DNA of 64,000 bases from Salegentibacter sp. (GCF_036568425.1 NZ_DATCSO010000101.1:29624-93623), one strand, 5' to 3'. Numbered from the stretch's first letter, positions 17,474 to 27,802 are shown. Notes: a model not told the origin generated them from the sequence alone. Made by a program: numbers and translations.

Positions 17474-19717
17474 TTGGATAGAATAAAAAACTATTTTGAG
17501 GACCTTCTTAAGTTTTTCCGCAGTCCGGATTTTTCCAAGGCTGTAATACTTAGTATTGCGATTAGTGTACCTATTGCTGTCTTTAGTTATTTGGGGAATT
17601 ATGAGATAGGTGCGGCGCTGGCTATAGGGTGTTTGCTTAGTTCTCCCAGCGATATTCAAGGAAGTTTTAGCCATAAGATTATTGGAGTTTTCCTGGCTGC
17701 TGTTCTCGCTGGATTGGTTTCGCTAATTTTCGGTTATGCTTCAGTGGAACTTTGGATACTGCTGCCGGTTTTGGCTCTTTTGGTTTTCGGGATTGCATAC
17801 CTGGCCGTCTTTGGGTTCAGGGCTTCCCTGGTTGCTTTTTCGGGTTTGTTTGCTATTGTATTGAGTTTTGCCAATATTTCCACAGCCCTTGAAATTTGGG
17901 AACGTGCCCTATTAATAGTTTTAGGAGGATTATGGTATTTACTATTAAGTGTTTTCTGGCATTATTTAAATCCGAAAAGGGCTACAGAACAGCTTCTGGC
18001 GCAAGCGATGGAGCTTACCGCTTTGTATTTAAAAACCCGTGCAGAATTATTAACCGAGACGGAAAAAAGGGAAAGCCTGAAGAAGGATCTTTTCAGGATA
18101 CAAGGGGAATTAAATGAGAAACATGAAAGTTTAAGAGATACGCTTATAAGGTCAAGATTAAATTTCGGGAATTCTAATTATGCCCGAAAAAGATTGCTCA
18201 TTTTTATTGAACTCGTCGATGTTTTGGAATTGGCTATAGCTAACCCGGTGGATTACGATAAAATGGATGAAGTTTTTGGAGCTAAATCTGCAGTGCCTCA
18301 AAAACTTAGTTCACTTGTAGAAAGCCTGGCGCTGCAGTTAGACGAAATCTCTATCTCACTTCAGAAGAATTCTAATTATACCCAAAAGGAAATTCGGGAA
18401 AATCTGGAGAAAATTCAAACCGGCTTTAATAACTTTAGAAAAAACCTTGACTTCAATGATAATAAGGAACATATGTTCCTGCTTCAGAATCTTTTCGACT
18501 ATCTGAATAGGCAAGCTCAAAAAATAAATACGATTATAAGAATTCTGTATAATCTTGAAGACAGGAAAAGGGTTTTTCCGAAGAAAAAAGAGGTGCTCAG
18601 GTTTATAACGCCTCAGGATTATGACCCAAAGATATTACTTGAAAACCTAAATTTGGATTCTACTATTTTCAGACATTCCTTGCGTCTGGCAGTGGTGGTT
18701 CTGGTAGGTTTTTCAATTGGAGCTTATTTTTCGCTGGACAATGCCTATTGGATTCTGTTAACCATTATTGTGATTATGAGACCCAATTACGGGCTTACAA
18801 AAGAACGCTCGAAACAAAGAATAATAGGTACACTTATAGGTGGGGTTATCGCTATTGGGATCGTCTTTTTTGTAAAGAACCAGGTCGTATATGCGATTTT
18901 AGGCCTGCTTTCCTTAACCCTGGCTTTTTCATTGGTCCAGAGAAATTATAAAACGGCGGCGGTATTTATTACACTAAGTATAGTTTTTATCTACTCCTTA
19001 TTGCAGCCAGATGTATACAATGTAATTCAGTATAGAATTATCGATACCCTGGTAGGAGCAAGCCTGGCCGCATTTGGAAACCTTGTCTTATGGCCGGCCT
19101 GGGAAGTTAAAGGGATTAAAAATGTTATGCTGAAAAGCATCGAGGCAAATAAAATTTATCTGGAAGAAATTGCCCGGTTTTATAAGGAAAAGGGAAGCTT
19201 ACCGATTTCTTATAAACTTGCCAGAAAGAATGCTTTTCTTGAAACCGGAAACCTTAATACAGCTTTTCAACGAATGACCCAGGAGCCCAGGTCGAAACAG
19301 AAAGAAATAAGTGGAGTTTACGAAATCATAGGGATTAATCAAACTTTTCTTGGAGCTCTGGCCTCCCTGGGGACATACATTAGAAACCATAAAACTACCA
19401 GTGCTTCTGAGCACTTTGATATTTTGGTGCAACATATAATTCAAAATCTAAGAAATACCGAAAATATTCTTTCTGAACAGAAAATAAAGAGGTTACCAAA
19501 TCAGGAAATCACTCTTAAAGCTGAGAAGGCCCTTAACCAAAATTTCGAAGATTTACTTCAGCGAAGTGAAACCAGGATAGAAGAGGGAAATTCCCAGGCA
19601 GGTGAAAATCTCCAGGAGCAACTCAGGGAAGCGCACTTGGTTATTAATCAACTAAACTGGCTTTTGGAACTTTCAGAAAAACTGCAGAAAAACATTACAA
19701 AAACAAGACTTTACTAA
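17474..19717 (+). CDS. FUSC / YccS-YhfK family membrane protein
   Basis: 747 aa. Two blocks of about 5-6 TM helices are separated and followed by long helical cytoplasmic regions, the typical FUSC architecture. Confidence 0.7.
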   Translation: MDRIKNYFEDLLKFFRSPDFSKAVILSIAISVPIAVFSYLGNYEIGAALAIGCLLSSPSDIQGSFSHKIIGVFLAAVLAGLVSLIFGYASVELWILLPVLALLVFGIAYLAVFGFRASLVAFSGLFAIVLSFANISTALEIWERALLIVLGGLWYLLLSVFWHYLNPKRATEQLLAQAMELTALYLKTRAELLTETEKRESLKKDLFRIQGELNEKHESLRDTLIRSRLNFGNSNYARKRLLIFIELVDVLELAIANPVDYDKMDEVFGAKSAVPQKLSSLVESLALQLDEISISLQKNSNYTQKEIRENLEKIQTGFNNFRKNLDFNDNKEHMFLLQNLFDYLNRQAQKINTIIRILYNLEDRKRVFPKKKEVLRFITPQDYDPKILLENLNLDSTIFRHSLRLAVVVLVGFSIGAYFSLDNAYWILLTIIVIMRPNYGLTKERSKQRIIGTLIGGVIAIGIVFFVKNQVVYAILGLLSLTLAFSLVQRNYKTAAVFITLSIVFIYSLLQPDVYNVIQYRIIDTLVGASLAAFGNLVLWPAWEVKGIKNVMLKSIEANKIYLEEIARFYKEKGSLPISYKLARKNAFLETGNLNTAFQRMTQEPRSKQKEISGVYEIIGINQTFLGALASLGTYIRNHKTTSASEHFDILVQHIIQNLRNTENILSEQKIKRLPNQEITLKAEKALNQNFEDLLQRSETRIEEGNSQAGENLQEQLREAHLVINQLNWLLELSEKLQKNITKTRLY

Positions 19718-19744
19718 ATGTTTTTTCGCTGAAAGGAGTATTAA

Positions 19745-19752
19745 TAACTTTG
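19745..19752 (+). promoter_or_regulatory. Candidate -7 element TAnnTTTG (TAACTTTG)
   Basis: Exact match ending 6 nt before ATG 19759. It contains the track TTG start at 19750. Confidence 0.4.
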
Positions 19753-19758
19753 CACCGA

Positions 19759-21618
19759 ATGAAATATCTATTCCTTTTTGCATTTTTTATAACCACATAT
19801 TCGGCTTTTTCCCAATTAGGATCGTGTAAGGGAAGCAAAGGTGAGCCTATCTTTCACGAAGATTTCACCGGTGGAGGACCATTGCTACCCGGAACCACAA
19901 ATTATAATTTTGTAGATGGTCATGATCCCTACGATGGTGAGTATACTATTTCTAATGAAATTGGTAAAGAAATAGGGGGGTGGTTTTCTTATCTCCCAAA
20001 CACTACGATCTCCAATGGAAATGCACTCATCATAAATGCTGAGTATACTGCAGGCCAATTTTATGAATACAAGGTTTCCGGGCTGTGTGAAAATACCAGT
20101 TATGAATTTTCTGCCTTCCTTATCAATATTTTGAGTCCCACCAGTATCTGTGAGGATGGAGGCATTCCAATAAATGTAAAGTTTCAAATTTGGGATCAAA
20201 CAGATACAGAAATACTGGCTGAAGGAAGTACTGGTGATATTCAATCTAAGAGTGTCCCTCAATGGGAAGAATATGCCCTAACCTTTAAGAGTGAACCGGG
20301 ACAGGCTTCGGTTATTTTAAGAATGTATAATAATTCTGATGGAGGCTGCGGAAATGACCTGGCCATAGACGATATTATTTTCAGGTCTTGTGGAGATCTA
20401 ACTGAAGTCTCAACTTCCATGTCAGATACTTCAGAATTATTCCTTTGTGAAGAAAATGCACCTATAAGTCTTGATTTAACTGCAACTCCGGATTTCTCAG
20501 CTTACGATGATCATTATTTTCAGTGGCAGGAGAGCACCAATAAGGAAGATTGGGACGATATTCCTGGGGAAATTACAAATGAATATACAACTCCCCAACT
20601 CAGTAGCTCCAGATTTTACAGGGTAAAGGTTGCTGAAGATCCGGTGAATCTGGTTAATAATTTGTGCAGCACGGTTTCTGAACCTTTCTTAATAAATATC
20701 GTTGAAACGCCCAAAGCCCCGGTTAGTCTCGGAGATAAATCAATTTGCAGAGACGAAGAAATCCCCTCGCTTAGCGTAGAAATCGAGGATGATGAAACCG
20801 TGAATTGGTATGCTTCAGAAACCGGTTCAGATCTCTTGCAAGAAAATTCCAGAAGTTTCATTCCGCCAGAGGAGGGAGTTTATTACGCTGAAGCAATTAA
20901 AACTGGTTTTGAGTGCGCCGCCAGCAAACGAACTCCGCTAAAATTGGAAATCTATGAATTACCGGAAGCCGAAGAAGAAGAGCTTCAGATTTGTGCACAG
21001 GGAGTACTGGAACTTGATGCCGGACTTGATGTTTCGGCTTATGAATGGAGTACGGGGGAGACCACCAGAAAGATAAGTGTGAGTACGCCTGGAAATTACA
21101 AGGTTGCCCTTATTAATTCCAATGGGTGTTCGGCCATAAAGAATATTGAGGTTACGACGGTAGATTTAGTAGGAATAGAGAAGATAATTTCAGAAGAAAG
21201 AAAGTTAATTATTAATCCTCTGGAAAATGGCGAATTTGAATATTCCATTGACGGAGATAGTTTTCAGGATTCCAGGGAGTTCGATCTTCCAGGAGGGGTT
21301 TATACTATTTATATGAGAGATAAATCGGGTTGTAGTACAATTTCGCAGGAATTCCCTCATCTTGTATTTCCGAGGTTTATAACGCCGAATGGCGATGGTT
21401 ATAATGATGTTTTTAGAGTTAAAGGACTTGAGTTTTTTAGTAGATCAAGGATAAGTATCTACGATCAATATGGAAAATTGTTAAAATCAGGTAAGGGACA
21501 AAACTTTAGTTGGGAAGGAAAACTTGATGGTCGTGAGCTACCGTCTACCGATTACTGGTACACGATAAAGATTGAAAACTTCCCGGTGCAAAAAGGCCAT
21601 TTCAGCCTCATACGTTAA
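19759..21618 (+). CDS. T9SS type-B sorting domain (gliding-motility C-terminal domain) secreted protein
   Basis: Signal peptide MKYLFLFAFFITTYSAFSQ. The C-terminus FITPNGDGYNDVF...DYWYTIK is the CHU_C / type-B T9SS sorting domain. Confidence 0.85.
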   Translation: MKYLFLFAFFITTYSAFSQLGSCKGSKGEPIFHEDFTGGGPLLPGTTNYNFVDGHDPYDGEYTISNEIGKEIGGWFSYLPNTTISNGNALIINAEYTAGQFYEYKVSGLCENTSYEFSAFLINILSPTSICEDGGIPINVKFQIWDQTDTEILAEGSTGDIQSKSVPQWEEYALTFKSEPGQASVILRMYNNSDGGCGNDLAIDDIIFRSCGDLTEVSTSMSDTSELFLCEENAPISLDLTATPDFSAYDDHYFQWQESTNKEDWDDIPGEITNEYTTPQLSSSRFYRVKVAEDPVNLVNNLCSTVSEPFLINIVETPKAPVSLGDKSICRDEEIPSLSVEIEDDETVNWYASETGSDLLQENSRSFIPPEEGVYYAEAIKTGFECAASKRTPLKLEIYELPEAEEEELQICAQGVLELDAGLDVSAYEWSTGETTRKISVSTPGNYKVALINSNGCSAIKNIEVTTVDLVGIEKIISEERKLIINPLENGEFEYSIDGDSFQDSREFDLPGGVYTIYMRDKSGCSTISQEFPHLVFPRFITPNGDGYNDVFRVKGLEFFSRSRISIYDQYGKLLKSGKGQNFSWEGKLDGRELPSTDYWYTIKIENFPVQKGHFSLIR

Positions 21619-22807
21619 TAGATTTAATGCGCTGATTATTAAGTGCCACCATAGCCATTATTCCGAAAATCATCAGCATAATATAGGTGAAGTCTATATT
21701 TAAATCCATTAGGAACCCTACCAGAAGAGGGCCCAGGGCGGTACTAATAACCATAAACATTGTGAAGACACTCCTTATAGCTCCCATTCTCTCTGTTCCA
21801 TACATTTCTGCTATAAGGGAAGTTTGTACAGTTCCAGACATACCTACCGTTATTCCGGCAAGAATGAGAAAAATAAGTGCCCCTATTATACTTTCCATTA
21901 ACGCAAAAGGAACAAGGCCAATTATCATAGGAATTAAAAACCAGCGGAACATTTTTTTTGCGGTGAATCTATCTACCCACATTCCTCCGAAAATAGAAAA
22001 CAGCAGTCTGGTTATTGCATAAACCGTAAAGAAGCTGGCGTACAACTGCACCGACCAACCTTTATTTTCAACAAAAACATATTGATAGAAGAAGATTGCA
22101 GTAATAGAAAAACTCAGGATAAAACTTGCAGGCATCATTATGCCAAATCGTTTTTCTAAAACCACAGTCTTATAATCTTTAAGCAGGGTCCAGGTTGATG
22201 CTCTTTTTTGCGTGGAAAGCTGTTTGTCAAATTCGCTTAAATCGGTGAAACGTAACCTAATAAGATAAAGTAATAAGCCTATTCCACTAGCGATAATAGC
22301 TATTCGCCAGTCAAACCAGGAAATCAGTAACGCGATAATCACCGGAAAGATAGCTTCTCCAATTGAATAACCAAGAGAGGAGATACTCAGGGCTTTACCT
22401 CGATTCTTATCGAAATATTTCGAGATTATTGTCATACTAATATGACTTAGTAATCCTTGCCCCATAAGTCTTAGTCCCATCAATGCGATAAAGAGTAAAA
22501 AGATATTGAAAGAAAAACCTAAAAGAATAGCCGATAAAGCCAGGCCCAGGACCGTGTAAGCAGTGACTTTTTTCGCCGGTTTATGATCTACGTTGTGTCC
22601 CACGGTGAGCATTATTATGGAAGCCCCCACAGTGCATCCGGCATAAAGGGCTCCAAAAGAACCTTCAGTTAGACTAAAGTCTCTAATGATCTCGGGAACG
22701 TAAAGCGATATAAGAAAGGTTTGTCCAAAACTGGAAAGAAAGGTCAGTAACCAACCAAAACTTACTTTTGTAAAATGTTCTTTTGCGAAATAATAAAACT
22801 CCTTCAA
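21608..22807 (-). CDS. MFS transporter
   Basis: 399 aa, about 12 TM helices, with an MFS-like loop motif (GHNVDHKPAKK). Apparent TTG start. Confidence 0.8.
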   Translation of the reverse strand: MKEFYYFAKEHFTKVSFGWLLTFLSSFGQTFLISLYVPEIIRDFSLTEGSFGALYAGCTVGASIIMLTVGHNVDHKPAKKVTAYTVLGLALSAILLGFSFNIFLLFIALMGLRLMGQGLLSHISMTIISKYFDKNRGKALSISSLGYSIGEAIFPVIIALLISWFDWRIAIIASGIGLLLYLIRLRFTDLSEFDKQLSTQKRASTWTLLKDYKTVVLEKRFGIMMPASFILSFSITAIFFYQYVFVENKGWSVQLYASFFTVYAITRLLFSIFGGMWVDRFTAKKMFRWFLIPMIIGLVPFALMESIIGALIFLILAGITVGMSGTVQTSLIAEMYGTERMGAIRSVFTMFMVISTALGPLLVGFLMDLNIDFTYIMLMIFGIMAMVALNNQRIKSINV

Positions 22808-22834
22808 ATTCGATTTTAATTTAAGTTAGGCTAA

Positions 22835-22842
22835 CAAAGGTA
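22835..22842 (-). promoter_or_regulatory. Candidate -7 element TAnnTTTG (TACCTTTG on minus strand)
   Basis: CAAAGGTA on the plus strand, 27 nt upstream of the MFS start. Confidence 0.35.
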
Positions 22843-22948
22843 GAAGCTATAACTCAAAGTTTATTATTAATTCCGGCAATTTCGAAATCATTTCTGTGCT
22901 CCTGGAAGTATTTAAGGAAATATCAAGAAAATTTGTTTTTCTATTGAT

Positions 22949-22956
22949 TACTTTTG
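22949..22956 (+). promoter_or_regulatory. Candidate -7 element TAnnTTTG (TACTTTTG)
   Basis: Exact match, 31 nt upstream of the cysE ATG. Confidence 0.4.
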
Positions 22957-22987
22957 AATGAGTACCTAACAATCAATTATTATGTAG

Positions 22988-23776
22988 ATGATAGAAAAAA
23001 AGGTAATAGCCGATATTCAGAAGCAAAAGCGTCTTCCCAACTTAAAGTTAAGTATTAAAGAAAAAACGGAAGCTTTTGTTAATAAGCTCTTTTACACCCT
23101 TTTTGATGCCGATATCCGGGTGGAGGATAATATTGAACAACTGGAAAAAGATTTTTCTGAATTGGCTGAACTCGTATGCTGGCAACCAGAGAAATCCTGC
23201 CATGAAATTTGGTGTGGTTATCTAAGACTTCTTCCGGAAATCTTAACCAAATTGAATAAGGATGCCAGTGCTATAGCCCAGAATGATCCTGCTGCAAATT
23301 CTGTTGAAGAGGTATATTTATCATACCCTGGATTTTTTGCCATTGCCATCTACCGGTTAAGCCATGAATTCTATAAAATTGGATTTCCCCTGGTACCACG
23401 ATTAATGACCGAATGTGCACACACTCTAACCGGAACAGATATTAACCCCGGGGCAGAAATTGGAGTTCCCTTTTTTATAGACCACGCCACTGGAGTTGTG
23501 ATAGGTGAAACTGCCGTAATAAAAAACAATGTGAAGATCTATCAGGGAGTTACCCTTGGAGCCCTTTATGTAGACAGGAACTTAAGGGATACCAAAAGAC
23601 ATCCTACGATTGAAGATAATGTGACCATATACGCCAATGCCACCATTCTTGGTGGAAAGACGATAGTGGGGGCCAATAGTATGATTGGTGGGAATGTATG
23701 GTTAACAAAATCGGTTCCGGAGAATTCTATCGTCACCCATAATCCGCAGATTAACATTAAAAACAGCATGGAATAA
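22988..23776 (+). CDS. cysE: Serine O-acetyltransferase
   Basis: Left-handed beta-helix hexapeptide repeats, GAEIGVPFFIDHATGVVIGETAVI. Immediately followed by cysteine synthase. Confidence 0.85.
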   Translation: MIEKKVIADIQKQKRLPNLKLSIKEKTEAFVNKLFYTLFDADIRVEDNIEQLEKDFSELAELVCWQPEKSCHEIWCGYLRLLPEILTKLNKDASAIAQNDPAANSVEEVYLSYPGFFAIAIYRLSHEFYKIGFPLVPRLMTECAHTLTGTDINPGAEIGVPFFIDHATGVVIGETAVIKNNVKIYQGVTLGALYVDRNLRDTKRHPTIEDNVTIYANATILGGKTIVGANSMIGGNVWLTKSVPENSIVTHNPQINIKNSME

Positions 23777-23777
23777 T

Positions 23778-24665
23778 ATGAATGATTCTATATTAAATCT
23801 AATAGGAAACACTCCTCTTGTAAAAGCCCATAGATTGAATAAAAATCCTAATGTTCAACTTTATTTTAAGCTTGAGGGCCAGAATCCAGGCGGTAGTGTT
23901 AAGGACCGGGCCGCTTACCATATGATAAAAAACGCTTTAGAGAGGGGTGAAATTAATAAGGAGACCAGGTTAATTGAGCCTACAAGTGGAAATACAGGAA
24001 TTGCCCTGGCGATGATAGCTGGTATTTTTCACCTGAACCTGGAACTTGTAATGCCAGAGAATTCCACAATAGAACGCGTGCAAACAATGAGAGCCTATGG
24101 AGCGACCGTAACTTTAACAGATGCCGAAGGGGGCATTGAGGGAGCCCGCGATTATGCTGAATCCAAGTTAAAAGATGGTGATCACTATATGTTCAACCAA
24201 TTTGCTAACGACGATAATTGGAAAGCACATTATAACAGTACAGGCCCAGAGATCTGGAACGATACTCACCATAAGATAACTCATTTTGTTTCATCTATGG
24301 GTACCACAGGTACAATTATGGGAACTTCAACCTATTTAAAAGAAAAAAATAAAGATATTCAAATTGTTGGGGTGCAGCCTACTGATGACTCCAGGATTCC
24401 CGGGATTAGAAAATGGAAAGAAGAATACCTTCCTAAAATATTTAAAAAAGAAAAAGTAGATCGTATTCTGGAAGTTAGTGAAGAAGAGGCAAAACTAACA
24501 ACTATAAAACTGGCCCGTCAGGAAGGCATATTTGCTGGAATGAGTAGTGGTGGGGCAGCGGCAGCTGCAGTTCGTTTATGTGAAGAGTTGGAAAGCGGTT
24601 TGGTGGTAAGTATAATTTGCGATAGGGGCGATCGCTATTTATCGTCTGATCTATTTGATGTATAA
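23778..24665 (+). CDS. cysK: Cysteine synthase (O-acetylserine sulfhydrylase)
   Basis: PLP-lysine motif GGSVKDRAA and the SSMGTTGTIMG loop. Starts 1 nt after the cysE stop. Confidence 0.9.
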   Translation: MNDSILNLIGNTPLVKAHRLNKNPNVQLYFKLEGQNPGGSVKDRAAYHMIKNALERGEINKETRLIEPTSGNTGIALAMIAGIFHLNLELVMPENSTIERVQTMRAYGATVTLTDAEGGIEGARDYAESKLKDGDHYMFNQFANDDNWKAHYNSTGPEIWNDTHHKITHFVSSMGTTGTIMGTSTYLKEKNKDIQIVGVQPTDDSRIPGIRKWKEEYLPKIFKKEKVDRILEVSEEEAKLTTIKLARQEGIFAGMSSGGAAAAAVRLCEELESGLVVSIICDRGDRYLSSDLFDV

Positions 24666-24696
24666 AAAAACACGGCCTTAACCAAGGCCGTGTTTT
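24664..24696. terminator. Bidirectional rho-independent terminator
   Basis: A-run, then AACACGGCCTT-AACC-AAGGCCGTGTT, then a T-run. Lies between convergent genes. Confidence 0.8.
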
Positions 24697-24713
24697 CTAC
24701 TGAAAAACTAAAA

Positions 24714-25271
24714 CTACATTCCTGCAATCTTACCCATTCCTGATCTATCCAGATTAATCTTGATATTTTTGTTTTTAGAACCGTTTTTAAGTTTAATTTT
24801 ATAATACTCTTTATTCAAAGTCCAGCTGTTTTTGGAGGAAGCGATATGCTTATTCCCTATTATAGAGTAATTTGGGTTTTGTTTTAAAATACTTACAGCA
24901 GTTGCATAAGGCATTTTTACATTTTTAAAAACCTGGTAACTGGATAAAAGATCTCCTTTCTTATTAAACCTAACTTTTAGATCTCCTTTGTTGGTTTTAA
25001 AGTAGACATCGAAGTGGTCGTAATCTGAATCTCGGTTAGCAACGATAAACTTTTGAATATCAAAATTTTCACGTACAAACCTTAAAGGGTTTTCACTAAA
25101 GTGCCCGGTGTATTTTTCGGGCAGTTTCACAATTAAACTTTGTGAATCAGGATTCAATTTGAGTGCTTCAGAGCTTAGCTCCATTGTTACTTCATCCAAA
25201 GGGATGACCGTTTGCGCATAGCTGGAGAATACGATCCCCATCAATACTATGCTGAAAATTAACTTTTTCAT
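24714..25271 (-). CDS. Hypothetical secreted protein
   Basis: I start at the internal ATG giving the signal peptide MKKLIFSIVLMGIVFSSYAQ. The track start at 25349 adds 26 non-signal residues. Confidence 0.5.
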   Translation of the reverse strand: MKKLIFSIVLMGIVFSSYAQTVIPLDEVTMELSSEALKLNPDSQSLIVKLPEKYTGHFSENPLRFVRENFDIQKFIVANRDSDYDHFDVYFKTNKGDLKVRFNKKGDLLSSYQVFKNVKMPYATAVSILKQNPNYSIIGNKHIASSKNSWTLNKEYYKIKLKNGSKNKNIKINLDRSGMGKIAGM

Positions 25272-25378
25272 GACAGTATATTTTTTAGATTGAGGTAAAG
25301 ATATCCCAGGCTCAGAAAAATTAATACTACGTAAGTAGCACTTAATCAATATTGTATATTATTTAACTCTTGTTGTAC

Positions 25379-26077
25379 TTATCCCGGAAAGTGATTTTTT
25401 TCGGCTTGCTTTAAAAGTAATTCCAGGTTTTTGATTTCAACTTTTTTTCGGCTAATTTTTAGAATACCATCTTTTTTAAATTGCTGTAGATGCCTGTTCA
25501 CCACAGCCCGTGTGGAACCAATAAGATTAGCCAGTTCGTCATGGGAAAGATCATTGATAAGTTCAAGCTTTTTGGATTTCTTATTGATGTGAGTCAATAT
25601 TAGTTTGGCCAACCTACTGGAAATATCTGCCAGGACCACATTGGAAGTGTACTCCTCGAGTATGCGAATTTGTCTGCCCATATAAGGTAAAAGTGATTTA
25701 TTTATCTGCGGAAATTTTACTATCCATTCCCGCATCGTTTTAATGGGAACAGAGAGTAAGGTCGCTTCATCCAGGGTTTCATAAAAAACCCGGTGTTCAC
25801 AGTTTTCCAGAAGACATAAAATATCAAATACATCATTTTTGCTAAGGAGAAATAAAGTGAATTCCCTGGCGCTTTCGGGGTCTACACGGTAAATTTTCAC
25901 TCTTCCTTGAGCGATAATGTAGAATTTATATAATGTAGGAGTCTTCGTAATATTACAGGTATTTTTTGGCCAGACTTCTTCCTGAAATGCAGCTAAAAAC
26001 TCTGGATATTTTTCCTCCTCCAAGTCCTGGAAAAGTATATTTTCCCTTAATAATTCGATATAATTTTCCCCTATCAT
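25379..26077 (-). CDS. Crp/Fnr family transcriptional regulator
   Basis: cNMP-binding beta-roll followed by the C-terminal HTH ELANLIGSTRAVVNRHLQQF. Confidence 0.85.
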   Translation of the reverse strand: MIGENYIELLRENILFQDLEEEKYPEFLAAFQEEVWPKNTCNITKTPTLYKFYIIAQGRVKIYRVDPESAREFTLFLLSKNDVFDILCLLENCEHRVFYETLDEATLLSVPIKTMREWIVKFPQINKSLLPYMGRQIRILEEYTSNVVLADISSRLAKLILTHINKKSKKLELINDLSHDELANLIGSTRAVVNRHLQQFKKDGILKISRKKVEIKNLELLLKQAEKNHFPG

Positions 26078-26234
26078 AAAAAAGGTTTTATGTGTATGTT
26101 ATTTCAGAAAACCAGGGGGAAATGAGGAATTTTTCAATTTGTGGTTAACCAAGGTATTTCTATAAAAATATAAAAAAGGAAAATTCAAATTCTTATTTCC
26201 TACATAAATATTTTCCTAAACTTAAGAAATCAGC

Positions 26235-26242
26235 TATTTTTG
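26235..26242 (+). promoter_or_regulatory. Candidate -7 element TAnnTTTG (TATTTTTG)
   Basis: Exact match, 26 nt upstream of ATG 26269. The track TTG start at 26248 sits only 5 nt after it. Confidence 0.4.
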
Positions 26243-26268
26243 CAAAATTGGAGTTCTTAAAAGATATT

Positions 26269-27783
26269 ATGGAGGTTGAAACATTTGGAATTGAAGACAA
26301 AAAAGTAGATAAGCAACTATATGATTATCAGCAGGAAGATATTGAAAAAATCTTCAAGGTAATAGATAAACACCCTGAACATTATAATTTGCTTTATCAG
26401 TTACCTACTGGGGGAGGAAAGACTGTGATTTTTTCCCAAATGGTGAGGGAATATATTCAGCGCACCCAAAAGAAGGTGTTAATTCTTACTCACCGCATTG
26501 AATTGTGTAAGCAAACCTCAACAATGCTTACCGACTTTGGAGTGCGTAATAAGATAATTAACAGCAAAGTTAAAGAACTACCCGACCAGGAAGATTATAT
26601 GTGTTTTGTAGCGATGGTGGAAACACTAAATAATCGTCTTAATGATGAAAAACTGGAGATGGAGGATATCGGGATGGTGATTATCGATGAGGCCCATTAC
26701 AACTCTTTCAGAAAACTTTTCAAATTTTTTGAAAAATGTTTCATTCTTGGTGTTACAGCTACTCCCTTAAGCTCCAACATCAAGTTACCTATGAAGGATA
26801 ATTACCGGGAACTTATCGTTGGGGATTCAATTGCCTCACTTATTGAGAAAGGCTTTCTTGCCAAAGCAAATACCTACAGCTATAATGTAGGCTTAACCAG
26901 TCTTAAGGTAGGAATGAACGGGGATTACACAGTAAAATCTTCCGAAGAACTTTATACAAATTACAGCATGCAGGAAAAACTCCTGAATGCTTATTACGAT
27001 AAATCAAGAGGCAAGAAAACCTTAATTTTCAATAACGGTATTAATACCTCTATTGAGGTCTACGAGACTTTTAAGAATGCCGGGTTGCCTATTCGCCACC
27101 TGGATAATACCACCGGGAAACAAGACCGTAAAGATATTCTTAGATGGTTTAAACATACCCCCGGTGCTATTGTTACATCGGTAAGTATTTTAACTACAGG
27201 TTTTGATGAACCAACTGTGGAAACTATTATTTTAAATCGTGCTACCAAATCGCTTACGCTGTATTTTCAAATGATAGGAAGAGGGTCCCGGGTGTTACCA
27301 GGAAAATCTGAATTTACTGTTTTAGATCTGGGAAATAATCTTTCCCGTTTTGGGGAATGGAGTGCCCCGGTAGACTGGCGCCAAATTTTTAGAGCTCCAG
27401 ACTTCTATTTTGAAAACCTGCTTAGTGATGAGGAGATTGAGAGAGAATTTAAATATGAAATGCCTCCAGAAATAAGGGAGAAATTTGCTAAAACCGAAGT
27501 TGTAGATTTTGATGTGGAAGCGGCCTATGATAAGGTAATCAAACAAGGGCTTAGATCTAAAGCAGTGTTGGAATGGTCTATGGAACAACACGTGAAAATG
27601 TGTGTAGAGAACAGCGAAGATGTATTTGATGCCAGGCTGCTTATAAAGGAATTAAAGGATGATATCTCGTCCAGAATTAAACAATATTCTTACTGTATAA
27701 GTAAGAGTACTCAAAATTACAGAGATTGGCTGCAGGAAGATTATTCCCGAAAATTAAGACTGGCCATAAATAAAGAATTTTAA
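26269..27783 (+). CDS. SF2 DEAD/DEAH-box helicase (type III restriction Res-subunit-like) with an uncharacterised C-terminal extension
   Basis: Motif I LPTGGGKT, motif II IIDEAHY, motif III GVTATP, motif VI QMIGRGSR. About 120 aa at the C-terminus carry no motif I recognise. Confidence 0.8.
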   Translation: MEVETFGIEDKKVDKQLYDYQQEDIEKIFKVIDKHPEHYNLLYQLPTGGGKTVIFSQMVREYIQRTQKKVLILTHRIELCKQTSTMLTDFGVRNKIINSKVKELPDQEDYMCFVAMVETLNNRLNDEKLEMEDIGMVIIDEAHYNSFRKLFKFFEKCFILGVTATPLSSNIKLPMKDNYRELIVGDSIASLIEKGFLAKANTYSYNVGLTSLKVGMNGDYTVKSSEELYTNYSMQEKLLNAYYDKSRGKKTLIFNNGINTSIEVYETFKNAGLPIRHLDNTTGKQDRKDILRWFKHTPGAIVTSVSILTTGFDEPTVETIILNRATKSLTLYFQMIGRGSRVLPGKSEFTVLDLGNNLSRFGEWSAPVDWRQIFRAPDFYFENLLSDEEIEREFKYEMPPEIREKFAKTEVVDFDVEAAYDKVIKQGLRSKAVLEWSMEQHVKMCVENSEDVFDARLLIKELKDDISSRIKQYSYCISKSTQNYRDWLQEDYSRKLRLAINKEF

Positions 27784-27802
27784 TACTGAAAAAAATATAC
27801 TG

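Noticed and set aside
22808-22987. Riboswitch or leader upstream of cysE-cysK
   Set aside because: I could not find stable GC-containing helices or known motif strings. A simple TAnnTTTG promoter 31 nt from the ATG accounts for the gap.
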